This document shows positions 1 through 10,675 of a DNA stretch of 64,000 nucleotides, in pieces. The notes below the pieces were generated by a model. That model was not told where the DNA came from, made no database searches, and saw only the letters and a list, made by a program, of their open reading frames with translations. Each line of letters begins with the position of its first letter. Position 1 is the stretch's first letter. This stretch comes from Thalia democratica. Taxonomy: Eukaryota. The translations under genes were made by a program, and so were the position numbers. Location of the stretch: NCBI GenBank assembly GCA_965202585.1, contig OZ241828.1:28210001-28274000 (forward strand), in the 5' to 3' direction.

Positions 1-78
1 ATTAGAGTTGTTAAGGAAACTGTAATCATTAAAAGGATGATTATGAATCGTAAAGTAACTATAAACATCAAGATTATT
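1..78 (+). repeat. Tail of a degenerate 39-bp minisatellite array (continues left of the window)
   Basis: gagttgttaaggaaactgtaatcattaaaaggatgatt... matches the 39-bp consensus. Confidence 0.7.
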
Positions 79-79
79 T

Positions 80-870
80 GATCACAAACAAAGTGTTTAT
101 ATATATCGTACTAAAAAGTTGTAGTAATTTTGAAATTACCTTTATTACATGAATGGTCTACGTTTAAAACTTTGCGCTGTATAAAAAATAATTTGTTTCA
201 GAACTTAACACTGTGCTTATCATGGATATAACATCCAAATTTTTACTTTAAATTTTTTTAAATTTACTAAGAAAATTTTTAAATGTTAGTTAACAATACC
301 ACTCAAAAAAGTTTTTATATATTTCGTACTAAAAAGTTATAGTATTTTTAAAGTTACCTTTCTTACATGGATGATCTACGTTTAAGACTTAGCGCTGTTT
401 TAAAAAGTATTTGTTTAAGAACTTAACACTGTTCTTACCATGGTCATAACTTCCACAGTTTTAATCTTTAAAAACTTTATAGGAACATTTTTCAATATCA
501 ACTAACAATACCACTCAAACGAAACGTTTAGATCTTTCGTACTAAAAAAGTTATAGTATTTTTAAAATTAACTTTGTTACACGATTTATCTACGTTGAAA
601 ACTTAGCGCAGTATAAAAAAGTAATTATTTAAGAACGTAACACTGTTCTTACCATGATCATAAATTCTACAATTTTACTCGAAATCTTTAAAATCTTTGT
701 AGGAACATTTTCAATGTCAACTTACAATATCACAAAAACAAAGTGTTTATATAATTTGTACTAACAAGTTATAGTCTCTTTTAAGTTACCTTTGTTACAT
801 GAATGATCTATGTTTGAAACTTAGCGCTGTATAAAAAAGTATTTGTTTAAGAACTTAACACTGTCCTAAC
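80..870. repeat. Tandem repeat, about 215-bp unit, nearly 4 diverged copies
   Basis: Anchor (c)gtactaaaaagtt recurs at about 107, 325, 538 and 757. The blocks ctacgtt..aacttagcgctgt and aagaacttaacactgt recur with the same period. Confidence 0.85.
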
Positions 871-1371
871 CAGTACTTCAATGTTTAATGTAAAACTAAG
901 ATATTAAAACAAAAAATTTGTAGAATATTCTCAAACTTAGCTATATTTAAAAATTTTTATTGAATTTTTAGATCAATTAAAAAAAAAATCAACTTTACAC
1001 ATTTATTTCAATAGGTTTACATCTCTCTATGTATAGGTATAAAAATAAAATTCAATTAGAAGTGCAATAACCAACAAAATAATAAAAAAAGCACGTGTGT
1101 CCATACTTATGTCTTTTGTTAAAATTAAAAAACTAATTTAACAGCAATAAGGTAATTTTGTTCTAAAATAAAAAACTAATATAACAATAATAAAGTAATT
1201 TTGTTGAAATTAAAAAACAGATATAAAAATAATAAGGCAATTTTTTCAAATTAAAGCTACTTATAATATTGAGTATAAGAAATTATCTTAAAGAAACTAG
1301 AAAAAGAAACTTGTAAAATGCATGCTTTAAAAAAAAAAACTTCTGCGTAATACAATTATTTCAAATAAGTG

Positions 1372-1696
1372 TTAACCAGTGTTGTTATAACCAAAAACAT
1401 AAAAGTCATCTTTGTAAATTTGTTGGATTTTTGAAAAAGTAGTCTTAGGAAGCTTGCTGAGCATGTTCAGCGCGGAAGTTTTAGCTACTCGCGCTTTTTG
1501 TCCGTCGATGAAAACTCTACTCTTTGCAGGCACTCTTCTTTGCAAATGGTTCAGCAAGTTGTTCGAGTCGCCTACCAGATTGTCGAAACTTATCACGTAA
1601 TCGTAGTTGGTTTGGCACGGCGAACACAAATCGACCATGTTTCTCCAATGGATGTCTGCCAACAAATAGCCTTTGCCGTATTGACCTAAAACCATC
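1372..1696 (-). CDS. Carbohydrate sulfotransferase (Sulfotransfer_2 / CHST8-14-like), last coding exon (exon 5)
   Basis: ORF contains DIHWRNMVDLCSPCQTNYDYV and C-terminal IYKDDFYVFGY, typical of the family. Acceptor ttcacAG at 1698-1697, phase 2; stop TAA at 1374-1372. Confidence 0.9.
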
Positions 1697-2102
1697 CTGT
1701 GAAAGTGTTTGAAAAATGTTCAATTGTCAAAGTTTTGAACATTGTAATAAAAAATATCACCTCTATCATATAGGTACGTGAAGTTATGTTTGAATACAGT
1801 AACAAAACTAGTTGAAATTTTGAACTACATCATTTTATTTATTTGATTAACAGTTACTTTTACAGCTGATTTATAGTTTTTTATAAAAATAAAACGTTGT
1901 ATTGTTTAAAACAATCTGTAAAAAAAAGCGTCTCCTTACATGTACATAAGTTGAGAACCTTATATTGTTAAAATTTAAGCAACTTTCAATAACAAAAAAA
2001 TTGTATAAATTAAAAAGTTCTATTTTATATTAATTGTGTGAAGTATAAGCTTGAAACGTTTTTAAAACGATCTACTTTTGTAACATAAACTATAGTAGTT
2101 AC

Positions 2103-2243
2103 TTTATAAATAGTTCAAAGGAAAGTTCTCCTTTTCTTAACATATTTACTGAATCCAAAACTTCTTTTTGCTGAATAGACTTCAAGTTTTGAAATGTTTT
2201 TGTTTCATTTAATTTGTTTTCAAAATTATCTTGATTGAAGTCT
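2103..2243 (-). CDS. Carbohydrate sulfotransferase exon 4 (not in the ORF track)
   Basis: Hand translation DFNQDNFENK...RKGELSFELFIK carries the xF-E-xF motif expected before the DxHW motif. Acceptor ctaacAG, donor GTAACT, 141 bp, phase 2/2; joins exons 3 and 5 in frame. Confidence 0.8.
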
Positions 2244-3673
2244 CTGTTAGAACATTAAATGCCCTTTAAAGAAATTTTACCCGCGTATTATGGTAACAAA
2301 ATTGCATAAAAAACTTATTATAACACATTAAGTGTTTTTAATAATATAAAAAACTGCATTCTTTAGAACTTACTAAACTTAAAGATTTACGTTTGCTAAT
2401 AAAAATATGTTTGAAATCAGAATCACTAAGTAATCTAATCACTAAGTCGTCGTTTTATTTATAGTGTGGTTATAAAAAATAATCTTATAGGCAGAGACTT
2501 TTAATCTTAAAACTTAGCTTGATTAAAAACTTAATAAAAGCACACTGAAATATAAGTATGTTTTGATTAAATATTATAAATCTTAATAAACTTTTACATA
2601 TAAAAGTCTAATTTCTTGAAATTTAACATGTTGCTTGTTAACCAAGCTCTATATTAGGGTTTCAAAAATTTCATAAGCCCCCATTTAAAAGTTTAAAAAT
2701 GCACGACAAGATTTTTATGAAAACTATCATTAGATGAACGTAAACCTTTTTTTTGCTTTTTATCATCAACTCAAAAATATTTAGTGCAGCAATTTATAAC
2801 CTGAGATAAATATACCCCTGGTGGTAATTTTTTTGTTCAAGGGGTAAACTTTCTTTATTACAAGTAATGTAAAATAATGTTTATGAGTTTTTATTAGTTA
2901 GTATTCAACTGATAATTTTTTTAAGTTAAGTAAAATCTTTAAATTTTACGACTTTTTGTGTTTCATGAGCATTTTAACGAAGTGTAGTTTTTTTTCTCAA
3001 AGTTAAACACTATTTTATGTATTGGGGGTGAATTCGGAAAATACCTTCCAAAAAAAGGGTGAAACGTGAAAAAAAAAGGTCAAGAACCGCTGATCTAGTG
3101 TAAGTTTCAATTTATGGCCTCATGGCCCTCTTCCGGCCCCTTTTACTAATAGCGACCCACTCCTAATAGCCTCTTTGCTGCTTATGGCCCCAAAATGGCT
3201 ACATGACCACAAAATGGCCACATGGCTTGAAAATCTTGATCTTTGTTATTAGAATTCGTAGATTAATTGAAAAGTTTTAGATTATTCATCTTATTTTGTT
3301 AACAAACCTTTATTTTGACTACAACAATTTTGTAACTCAGAAGGTTTCTTATAGCCATTGTTTTTTAGTATTTTAAACGACTTAAAAAATGGTCTGTATT
3401 GTTTACAAACTACTTTCAGAAAAAAAAAATATTTATTTTGTTTATAAAGTGTTTTAATATTTTTTGTTATTATAAATAAAAGTGCATTATAGTATGAATA
3501 TGAAAAGTATTGTTAAACGGTTTTCAAACAACTTATTGTTTAAGTTTAAATCATATGCACTGCACGGGTGTCTGATTAAGTTAAAATATTATTAGAAAAT
3601 AAATTTTAAGTTCATATACTCAAACATGTTCTTGGTCTAGAACAAAACTTTAATTATAAACTATTTCGTTCAC

Positions 3674-3996
3674 CTGATCCTAACTCCGTGGACTAGCTGC
3701 GGCAAGTACTTGTTGGCTGAAGGCTTGCCCAAACGGTTTTTGTAACCAACTTGGGTTGCTTTACTAGAGAATTTAGAATAATGAGCCGACACAAGCCTTT
3801 CAAGTGGATGTCGCTGGACAAAAAACTTTGTGTAATTTGCCAACCTTCGCTCCCTTTCTATTTTGCTTGAGGTCCTTAACAAGGACAAACGGAACTCCGT
3901 CTCACTACTAATTATAATATCATCCTCGCTAACCGTCTTGTAATCAGGTTTACCAGCAAAATGCCACAAAAACCTTCTCCAAGTCGTGCTTGCCGC
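3674..3996 (-). CDS. Carbohydrate sulfotransferase exon 3
   Basis: Starts AASTTWRRFLWHFAG (second half of the 5'-PSB loop) and contains FVQRHPLERLVSAHYSKF (3'-PB motif). Acceptor cattaAG at 3998-3997, donor GTGAAC at 3673. Confidence 0.9.
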
Positions 3997-5012
3997 CTTA
4001 ATGTTTTAAAAAATTACTTGTTTAATTTTCGGTCACACCAATGAGTGATTTTATTAGAGTTAGACTGTGTAAAAGAGCTTTGTAAAAGAAGTTAAGTTCA
4101 AGTATTAAAAATAATCACAAATTTATAACACAATGGGTAAATTAAAATACTTTTTTATGTTTTTATTTTTATAGAAACAACATTGAATTTAGTTTTTAAG
4201 TTTTTTTTTCAGCAGTTTAGCGTAAATTTATTAACACAAAGAAAAGAAGAACTAAGAAAATTATTTTAGTTTAGAGCTAAACAATTGATTCGTTAAAAGA
4301 AATTTTTCACAACTAACATATATTAGTTGAACTTTTTATAATAGTTGTTTATGGTGGTGATTTTAAACAGATCCCAATTAGAATTAAAATCTATAGTTTA
4401 CGAAGTCTCGAATGTAAAAAACGAAATGAAATCAGTTTAAGTTTTATGATTTAAACTATTAACTATATCAAAAACGTAACAAAACAACTGAGATTCATAA
4501 ATTAAAACATGGGTAGTTTACGTTTTGGTATAGAATACAACTTTAACTTAAACTTCGTTTTTTTTTATTTTTAAGAAAAGGTTGAAAAAAAAAAGGTAGG
4601 AATTATAATTTTACTTTTATGTTAGTTTATAGCTGCTTTAAAATGTTATCTGATTCCTTTGGTATAAAACTTGTACTATTCTTATAAATACTTAATTACT
4701 TTTTGTTTTGATATAATCTTTTAATTGTATTTCTAAAAGTTATATTTATGTTTTTGTATTGTTTTTTTGTAAAAACGCATATTAAATACGGAACGTTTTG
4801 AATAACCGGTTTCAGGTCTGCACGCAACATTTAATAATTTTTCAATCAAAAAATATTTTTCTTCTCAAGTTTTCTAGAACAACTAATTTTTTGTACTATC
4901 AGAAATCTATAAATTTAAGTCAAGTTGTTAAGCTATGGAAAAAAAAATATTTTAAGCTTAACATCTTTTAAGTGTAACTTTTACAACTTTTAGGTATAAA
5001 AAATTAACAAAC

Positions 5013-5205
5013 TTTTGGAACTTCGCAAAATATAAACTTGTATTTATCATTGTAAACCATTCTTGAATAAATATCAGGGTTATTTCTTGGTTTGTAAGTA
5101 CTACATCTATTTCTTATTTCTGATAATCTTTTTTTAACTGACGAGTCAATCCAATTGGTATCTGCATCAGCTGTTAAACCAGAATAGTTTTTTAACATCC
5201 TGATA
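5013..5205 (-). CDS. Carbohydrate sulfotransferase exon 2 (5' boundary uncertain)
   Basis: Ends YNDKYKFIFCEVPK followed by donor GTTTGT (5012), phase 0, which joins AASTTW to give the PAPS-binding loop CEVPKAASTTW. Best nearby acceptor is ttttacaatAG (exon start 5205), but its phase does not match exon 1. Confidence 0.75.
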
Positions 5206-6583
5206 CTATTGTAAAAGTTTAGTTTTATATTGTTGTTTAGCTTTCTTGAGTATTTTTAGTTGTAGTTTGTAAAAATCAGATTTTGTTAAAGAAAATTTTG
5301 ACATTAGATAAATAAATTGACTTATGTTTAACGCTATAAGCAATGTAATTTTTTGTAATTCAAAAAGTTCTACATAAAAATAAAAAAGACATTATGAGTT
5401 CGTATTGTAATTGGTACATGTATTCCACACATGGATTAGTAGAACATTAACAATTCTTTAAAATTTTCTTTACAACTTCTTTGTAAAAATTTTATACTTA
5501 ATACTTCAATACCACTAACACATGTAAAACTACATTGTACTTAACCAAATTACTCCAAATAACATCAACTAAAAACAAAATTTACTTATTTACCTTGACA
5601 AGTTAAGAAAAATTAAACTAAAATTAGTAATGAAAACAAGTCAAAATCTTGCTTTTTTAAAACAGTAAACTTTTTTATTTCTAAACAAACAAGTAGTTTT
5701 CTATAACATCTATAATAAAAACTATTGTAAATGAAAAATAAATACTCGAAAATGTGTTCTAAGGACTTGGTGTACAAAAAGACATTTTGGTCATTGAGTT
5801 ATACATCACACACTTTTGTTAAGTGTTTTGAGCTAAGAAACACTAAATTTTTAAAGATAAAAAACTCACGACAAAGACGAAAAAAAAACTATATTAAATA
5901 ATAAGCTTTATTCTTTATTTTTTTAGTAAAAAATTTGTATGAACAAAAGTGGTAATAAATAATATTGGTTTAGCTAATTGTTCTAAATTTCTATAACACT
6001 TGGTAAATAACTTAACGTGCGTAAACAGTATAATCTAAATAGATTTAAAGAAATAAAAAGTTGTAACAAACTTTTCGATTTAATCAAAGAAGAAGCAATT
6101 TTTATTTTAATAATAAAAACTTTCAATAACTAAGAATTTGACTTATGTTGCTTATAACTCTACAAACTAGTCTAATTGGTAAAACTTTCCAAAGATAGAC
6201 AAAATTTCATTTTAGTTTTTGAAAACTTACTGTAGCTTCCTATTTATGTATGTGAAACATAAGTCTTTCAGATAATTAACTAAACATAAAACTTTAATAG
6301 TTTGTTAAAACTTATTTATTACATTTCTTGAAGTCTTTATACAATAAAAAAATCAAAATAAGATCTAACAATAATATTACATTTAAAACTCAGATACTCA
6401 GTATATCAAAAAAAAATACTGTTATACATTAGCGACAATACTAGTTAAAGTTTAAAAAAAAGAGTTTATTTATACGTCTGCTACCTAAAATTTATCTAAA
6501 ACAAGATTTTTAGTAGTAAAAAAATAGTAGTCAAGTATGATAATCTGCAGTAAGTTTTGAGCAACATCAACAACTGAGCTTAC

Positions 6584-6779
6584 CCGTATGTTGTTTCAAC
6601 GGTGTTTCGTTTTTTATGCTTTGGTTGAAAGAATGAAATGATTTTGTTCCGTATAATGTCTCATCACGGGCGATAAACCAAATCGAACACACAGCAAAGC
6701 ACATGAAAATGAGAATTTCTTTCATCTTTGTAATATTCATTTTTAATGATAATCCTGCCATACAAATTAAAAACTTCAT
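6584..6779 (-). CDS. Probable first coding exon of the sulfotransferase (cytoplasmic tail plus type II membrane anchor)
   Basis: Hydrophobic stretch ILIFMCFAVCSIWFI after basic residues, then a strong donor G|GTAAGC at 6583. Start Met ambiguous (several in-frame ATGs). Confidence 0.6.
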
Positions 6780-8115
6780 AAAAAACTTAATTTCAGAGCT
6801 GACTAAAATAAAACTAAAGATTGCATGTTTTATTTTTATTAAGTTATATCAAAATAAATTAACATTTAGGAATGTCTTCGAAGTAAAATCAAAGTTTCGA
6901 ATTTAAGATTAATTATTCACTTCAATTAATTAAAACACATTGGCATTTTCGATTGAAAATGTAGTACAAATTAAGGTTTCCTTTTTAAAGTAAGCTCTGA
7001 TTAACTCTCAGCTTATTATATCACCAAAATGAATTTATGATTAACTAAATTTCATGTAGATAACTGAACACAATTGTGTAAAACAGTAAACTTAATAAAA
7101 CTGATAAAAATGTAAGATTATGCGTCATAATAGGTGAATAAAATTTTATGTAAATGTAATGCTATTATAAGGTAATTTTGAAACTTTAAAAAAAAAACTT
7201 TAAAGCACAAGACTAAACTATGAGATACTAAACAAATTATAAAGTTAGGACAATTTAAAAAAAATCCATAATAATTTTACGTTGATGCCAGCTTATTTTT
7301 TATATAAAACATTGAAGTACTAGGCTAACAAAATATGAATTTAATTTTTGTTTAGTATATATGTTGCTATGATTGATTATTAAGTTGTGCGTAAACTATT
7401 GAAGTTTAACTTAATTATGCTTGTTAATTAAATGCTGAACAAAAGTTAATTAATATTTGTTTTTTTAAAGACGTGTTCAAAATATATTAAATAGAAATTC
7501 AACAATCTTTTTTTTATACTCTACATTATTATTTTATAACTTTATCTACTTTTTTAGTAACTAAGTTAGGATAAAAAATAAAAATAACTAAAATTACTGT
7601 TTATCGCAACAAATATTTTGCTAATTAAAGTTTTACACAGACATTTAAAATAAAACAATCTAACACAAAAAATACTGAATTAATATTCATTCAGTTTTAT
7701 TTTTAAGTATATCTTGTTAATTATATAACTATGTTGTATTTAAAACCACTAGCAATGCAAAAGAACTATGTTTGTTGCAACTTAAAGCTGTTTAATTGAA
7801 AATAAAAGTTCACTTGGCGATAAAGTATGAACTACATATAGTCAGTTAAATAAAATATACATTATATAAGTTTAAAAATTCTATTAAAAATTAAATGTAT
7901 ATTAATTAACTCATTTTTAATCTAATTGCGTACTTTACGCAAGTGCGTACCTCTTAGTGTCCTTATCGATGCGTATAGTGCAGTTGGTAATTATATAAAG
8001 AGTATAGAACAAGTTGAGTGATATTGAAAACAAGTATATGTTATGAAAAAAAAAGTCTAACTTTCTTGAAATAGCCTGTATTTAAAAAGCAACATTTGAA
8101 CACCATACGCGTATA

Positions 8116-8665
8116 CTTAATAGTAAACTATTAAGAAAGGCACTTGAACGTGCAATAAAGCAAGCTGACGACCTAGTCAGCTTAGGGATTTTACAATGTA
8201 AAGCTTTTAATGAAGAAATCCCTAGACGTCTAAGCGGGTAGGCGTCTTGAAGGCGGGTTAACCATTTGTGTTTTTGCAGGCATTTAGCTCATAGCTTTAG
8301 TCGACATGGTCGTCGACTCGAGCCGACGTCGAAAAAGCGAAGCTAGTCGGTTAAAGGTCGTATAGCAGACCTCACTGATTGAGTAGCGAGGGAAGGTAAA
8401 GCGAGAGCACAGGCAGGTACCGTCCTAAGCAAGCCATTGAGCATAAAAGTCGCTCTCTCGCAAGGAGTGGCAGTATATGAACGAGCTCTGACATGATTCA
8501 GCCCAGTTAAAAGTGCGTTTTAGTGCAATGATGAATTGATTGCATTTCTAGAGGTGGAGCTTCGGCCGGAACGACTGAAGCAGAGTAGGTGAGATACTAG
8601 AAAATTCGAAGGCGAAGCACTCGAAATGTAACATGTAAAAAAGCGGCCTAATCTCATAGTCGTTT
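8116..8665 (+). ncRNA. Candidate structured RNA of unknown class (hairpin-dense, GC-richer island)
   Basis: Consecutive stems at 8116-8135, 8162-8183, 8183-8224, 8224-8247, 8299-8318, 8321-8352, 8355-8372 and 8523-8545; C(TTCG)G loop at 8560-8565; long-range AACGACT/AGTCGTT (8570/8658). G-T pairs favour the + strand. No family recognised. Confidence 0.35.
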
Positions 8666-8818
8666 TGAAAGTCAGAGGTCAGTAGAAGCGAAATGTTTTG
8701 TAAGGGAAGCAGAAGCTTTGAAAAAACATTTGAAAACATCGGGAGGACTGTTTTTTGAAAAATTGTTGAAAATGAATTTTTAGATTGTTGAAAGCGTCGA
8801 TAGAGTATAGAAAGAAAA

Positions 8819-9003
8819 AACGTCCCAGTGGAATTACAATCTCCCTCTGAAAAAACGACCAATCCGTACAAGGTTTACAATCTAATGCACATCGCGCTAA
8901 CAAGAGTGCTGGCGGCTAATCGCATTCTTATGTACTTGCGTGGTCGTCCCAATAAAGAGCGACCACCGGGACTCGAACTCGGGACGCAGTGCCAGCAGTC
9001 GCA
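8819..9003 (-). mobile_element. tRNA-derived SINE-like element, 5'-truncated copy 1
   Basis: B-box GAGTTCGAGTCC (minus strand, 8980-8969); about 185 bp homologous to 13281-13463 and 13721-13901. Confidence 0.6.
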
Positions 9004-9015
9004 AAAACAAACCAC

Positions 9016-9330
9016 AATTATTTTCAAGAATAGTAAAGTAACTATGATCATCAAGATGATTATCAGAGTAAGTTAGGTAACTATGATCCCAAAGACGATG
9101 GTCAATGTTGTTAAGAAAACTAAAATTATTAAGAGGACGACTAACATTGTTTACAAAGCTATAAACATCAAGAGAATAACCTGGGTTGGTAAGAAAATAT
9201 TAGCATCGCGAGGTATTCAGGGTTGTAAAGGTAACTATTAGGATGAAGAGGATGACCAAGGGTGGTAAAAACTATGAGCACTAAGATGATGATCATAGTT
9301 GGTATGAAAAATATGAGCACTTGAAGGATT
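9016..9330 (+). repeat. 39-bp minisatellite array 1 (degenerate)
   Basis: About 8 diverged units of GGGTTGTTAAGGTAACTATGATCACCAAGAGAATGATCA. Confidence 0.85.
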
Positions 9331-9529
9331 TTTTACTACACCACTTTTACAAGTGGTTTTAAAATTTGCAGATATTGCAGTCAAATTAAATTTAACTTAT
9401 ATATTTATATTAAAGATTATCTATATACAAACATAAATTATACACTTATTATGTTTGCAAATAGTTCTGCCTCTAAAGGCGTTTGATCACTATTCTTGAG
9501 CAGTTTTAGTTTTATTTTGTTAATAATGT

Positions 9530-9665
9530 AATGACAGTGCAAAATTCCTTGCATTGTCATTGTTTTGAAGAATATTTAGAGTTAGATACGCTTCAATGCA
9601 CAAGCCAATGAGAATCATCTGATGTAATGTTGAAAATAAAGTACTGATGCAACGGGGCGTCAAGG
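9530..9665. promoter_or_regulatory. Pol II promoter-like block (13-bp-stem hairpin, CCAAT box, GGGGCG box); copies near 19150-19300 and 41425-41555
   Basis: AATGACAGTGCAA/TTGCATTGTCATT at 9530-9561, AGCCAATGA at 9603-9611, GGGGCGT at 9654-9660, retained in three copies. Confidence 0.3.
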
Positions 9666-10158
9666 GTGATAGTCAGTTTCATGTAAGCAGTGAGTTTAGT
9701 TTTGGTGTGCAGCTAAAAGCAACAACAGATATCTTGAACTTTTTGTGAATGCTTATTATAATTATTTTTTTGTTTTAAAAGTGAATATTTCAACTGTGTT
9801 TAATTGTTTAAGTATTTAAGCCAGGTTTATAGTTTAAAAGTTTATAAAACCTTTTACAGTATCTTGTCTACTAAAAGTTTAATTTAATTTTTAGTTTATT
9901 GTTTTAAGTCTTTTGATTTAGATTTAAATAGCTTGTAGTTTCTTAAAAGTTTGTATTAGTAATTTATAGTTTTGTATATGCTAGTATTTCTTGTTGTGTT
10001 TTATATAAAAGATTAATCACTTAAAACTGTTATCTGTATAAGCAAGTTTACAATAACTGTTGTTTTATTAGTTATATTACTAATACTACAATTACTAATA
10101 AATTAACTTAAACATATTCAACTGTTAAGAATTTTACTAACTTGCTTATAGCGTAAAT

Positions 10159-10675
10159 CAGTGGTCGTAAAGGTGTACACTGGTGCACACTAAAGTATAC
10201 GAAACTTTTTTTGGGGTGCACGAAATTTTTAGGATACACAAAACTCATTTAGGGGTGCACAAAATTTTGAGATTACAAAAAAAAACATAGAGTTAGATTA
10301 AGTATATAGTTAATATTTAATAAAGTATTTAAAGAATACTGAACTGGGGATTTTGTAATAGTTGTTGATAGGTCTTCAATTAATAAGTATGTAAGACAAA
10401 GCCATATAACTAAAATATAATTGTGAAAATAAGGTATAACAAATAAAGAGGTCAATTAAAAAGAGGATCAAACAAAAAGTTTAAGCTTCAGTTGTTTAAT
10501 GGTTTGCATGTAAACACAAGCTGAGTTATGAATTTTAAAGAGAAATCCACTAATAAAAGTGTTTAGGTAGTCCAACCACTAGAGGCGCTTATAAAAATTA
10601 GATCTTGGGGTGCACAGATTTTATTTTTTTTTGCAGCTTGGTGTGCACAGAATTTGATTAGCTTGACGACCACTG
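10159..10675. mobile_element. hAT-like MITE, 517 bp
   Basis: TIRs CAGTGGTCGT/ACGACCACTG (13 of 15 on extension); degenerate 8-bp TSD gcgtaaat/gcctaaac; subterminal GGGGTGCAC-type motifs near both ends. Confidence 0.7.

Noticed and set aside
1498-1723. ORFs 1498-1689 (+), 1524-1712 (+) and 1517-1723 (-)
   Set aside because: They are shadows of sulfotransferase exon 5 in other frames.
2650-3092. hAT-like MITE ending CAAGAACCGCTG
   Set aside because: Only one plausible terminus was found, with no partner TIR or TSD, so it is not reported as a feature.
8394-8460. Twister or hammerhead ribozyme
   Set aside because: TAA...GTCCTAAGC...TAAAAG resembles twister, but the pairing partners for P1 and T1 are not in place. 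No CTGANGA/GAAA hammerhead core was found.
8828-9076. ORFs at 8828-9076, 13230-13451 and 13784-13975 as a small gene family
   Set aside because: They are antisense read-throughs of the SINE-like copies; starts, ends and stops differ between copies.
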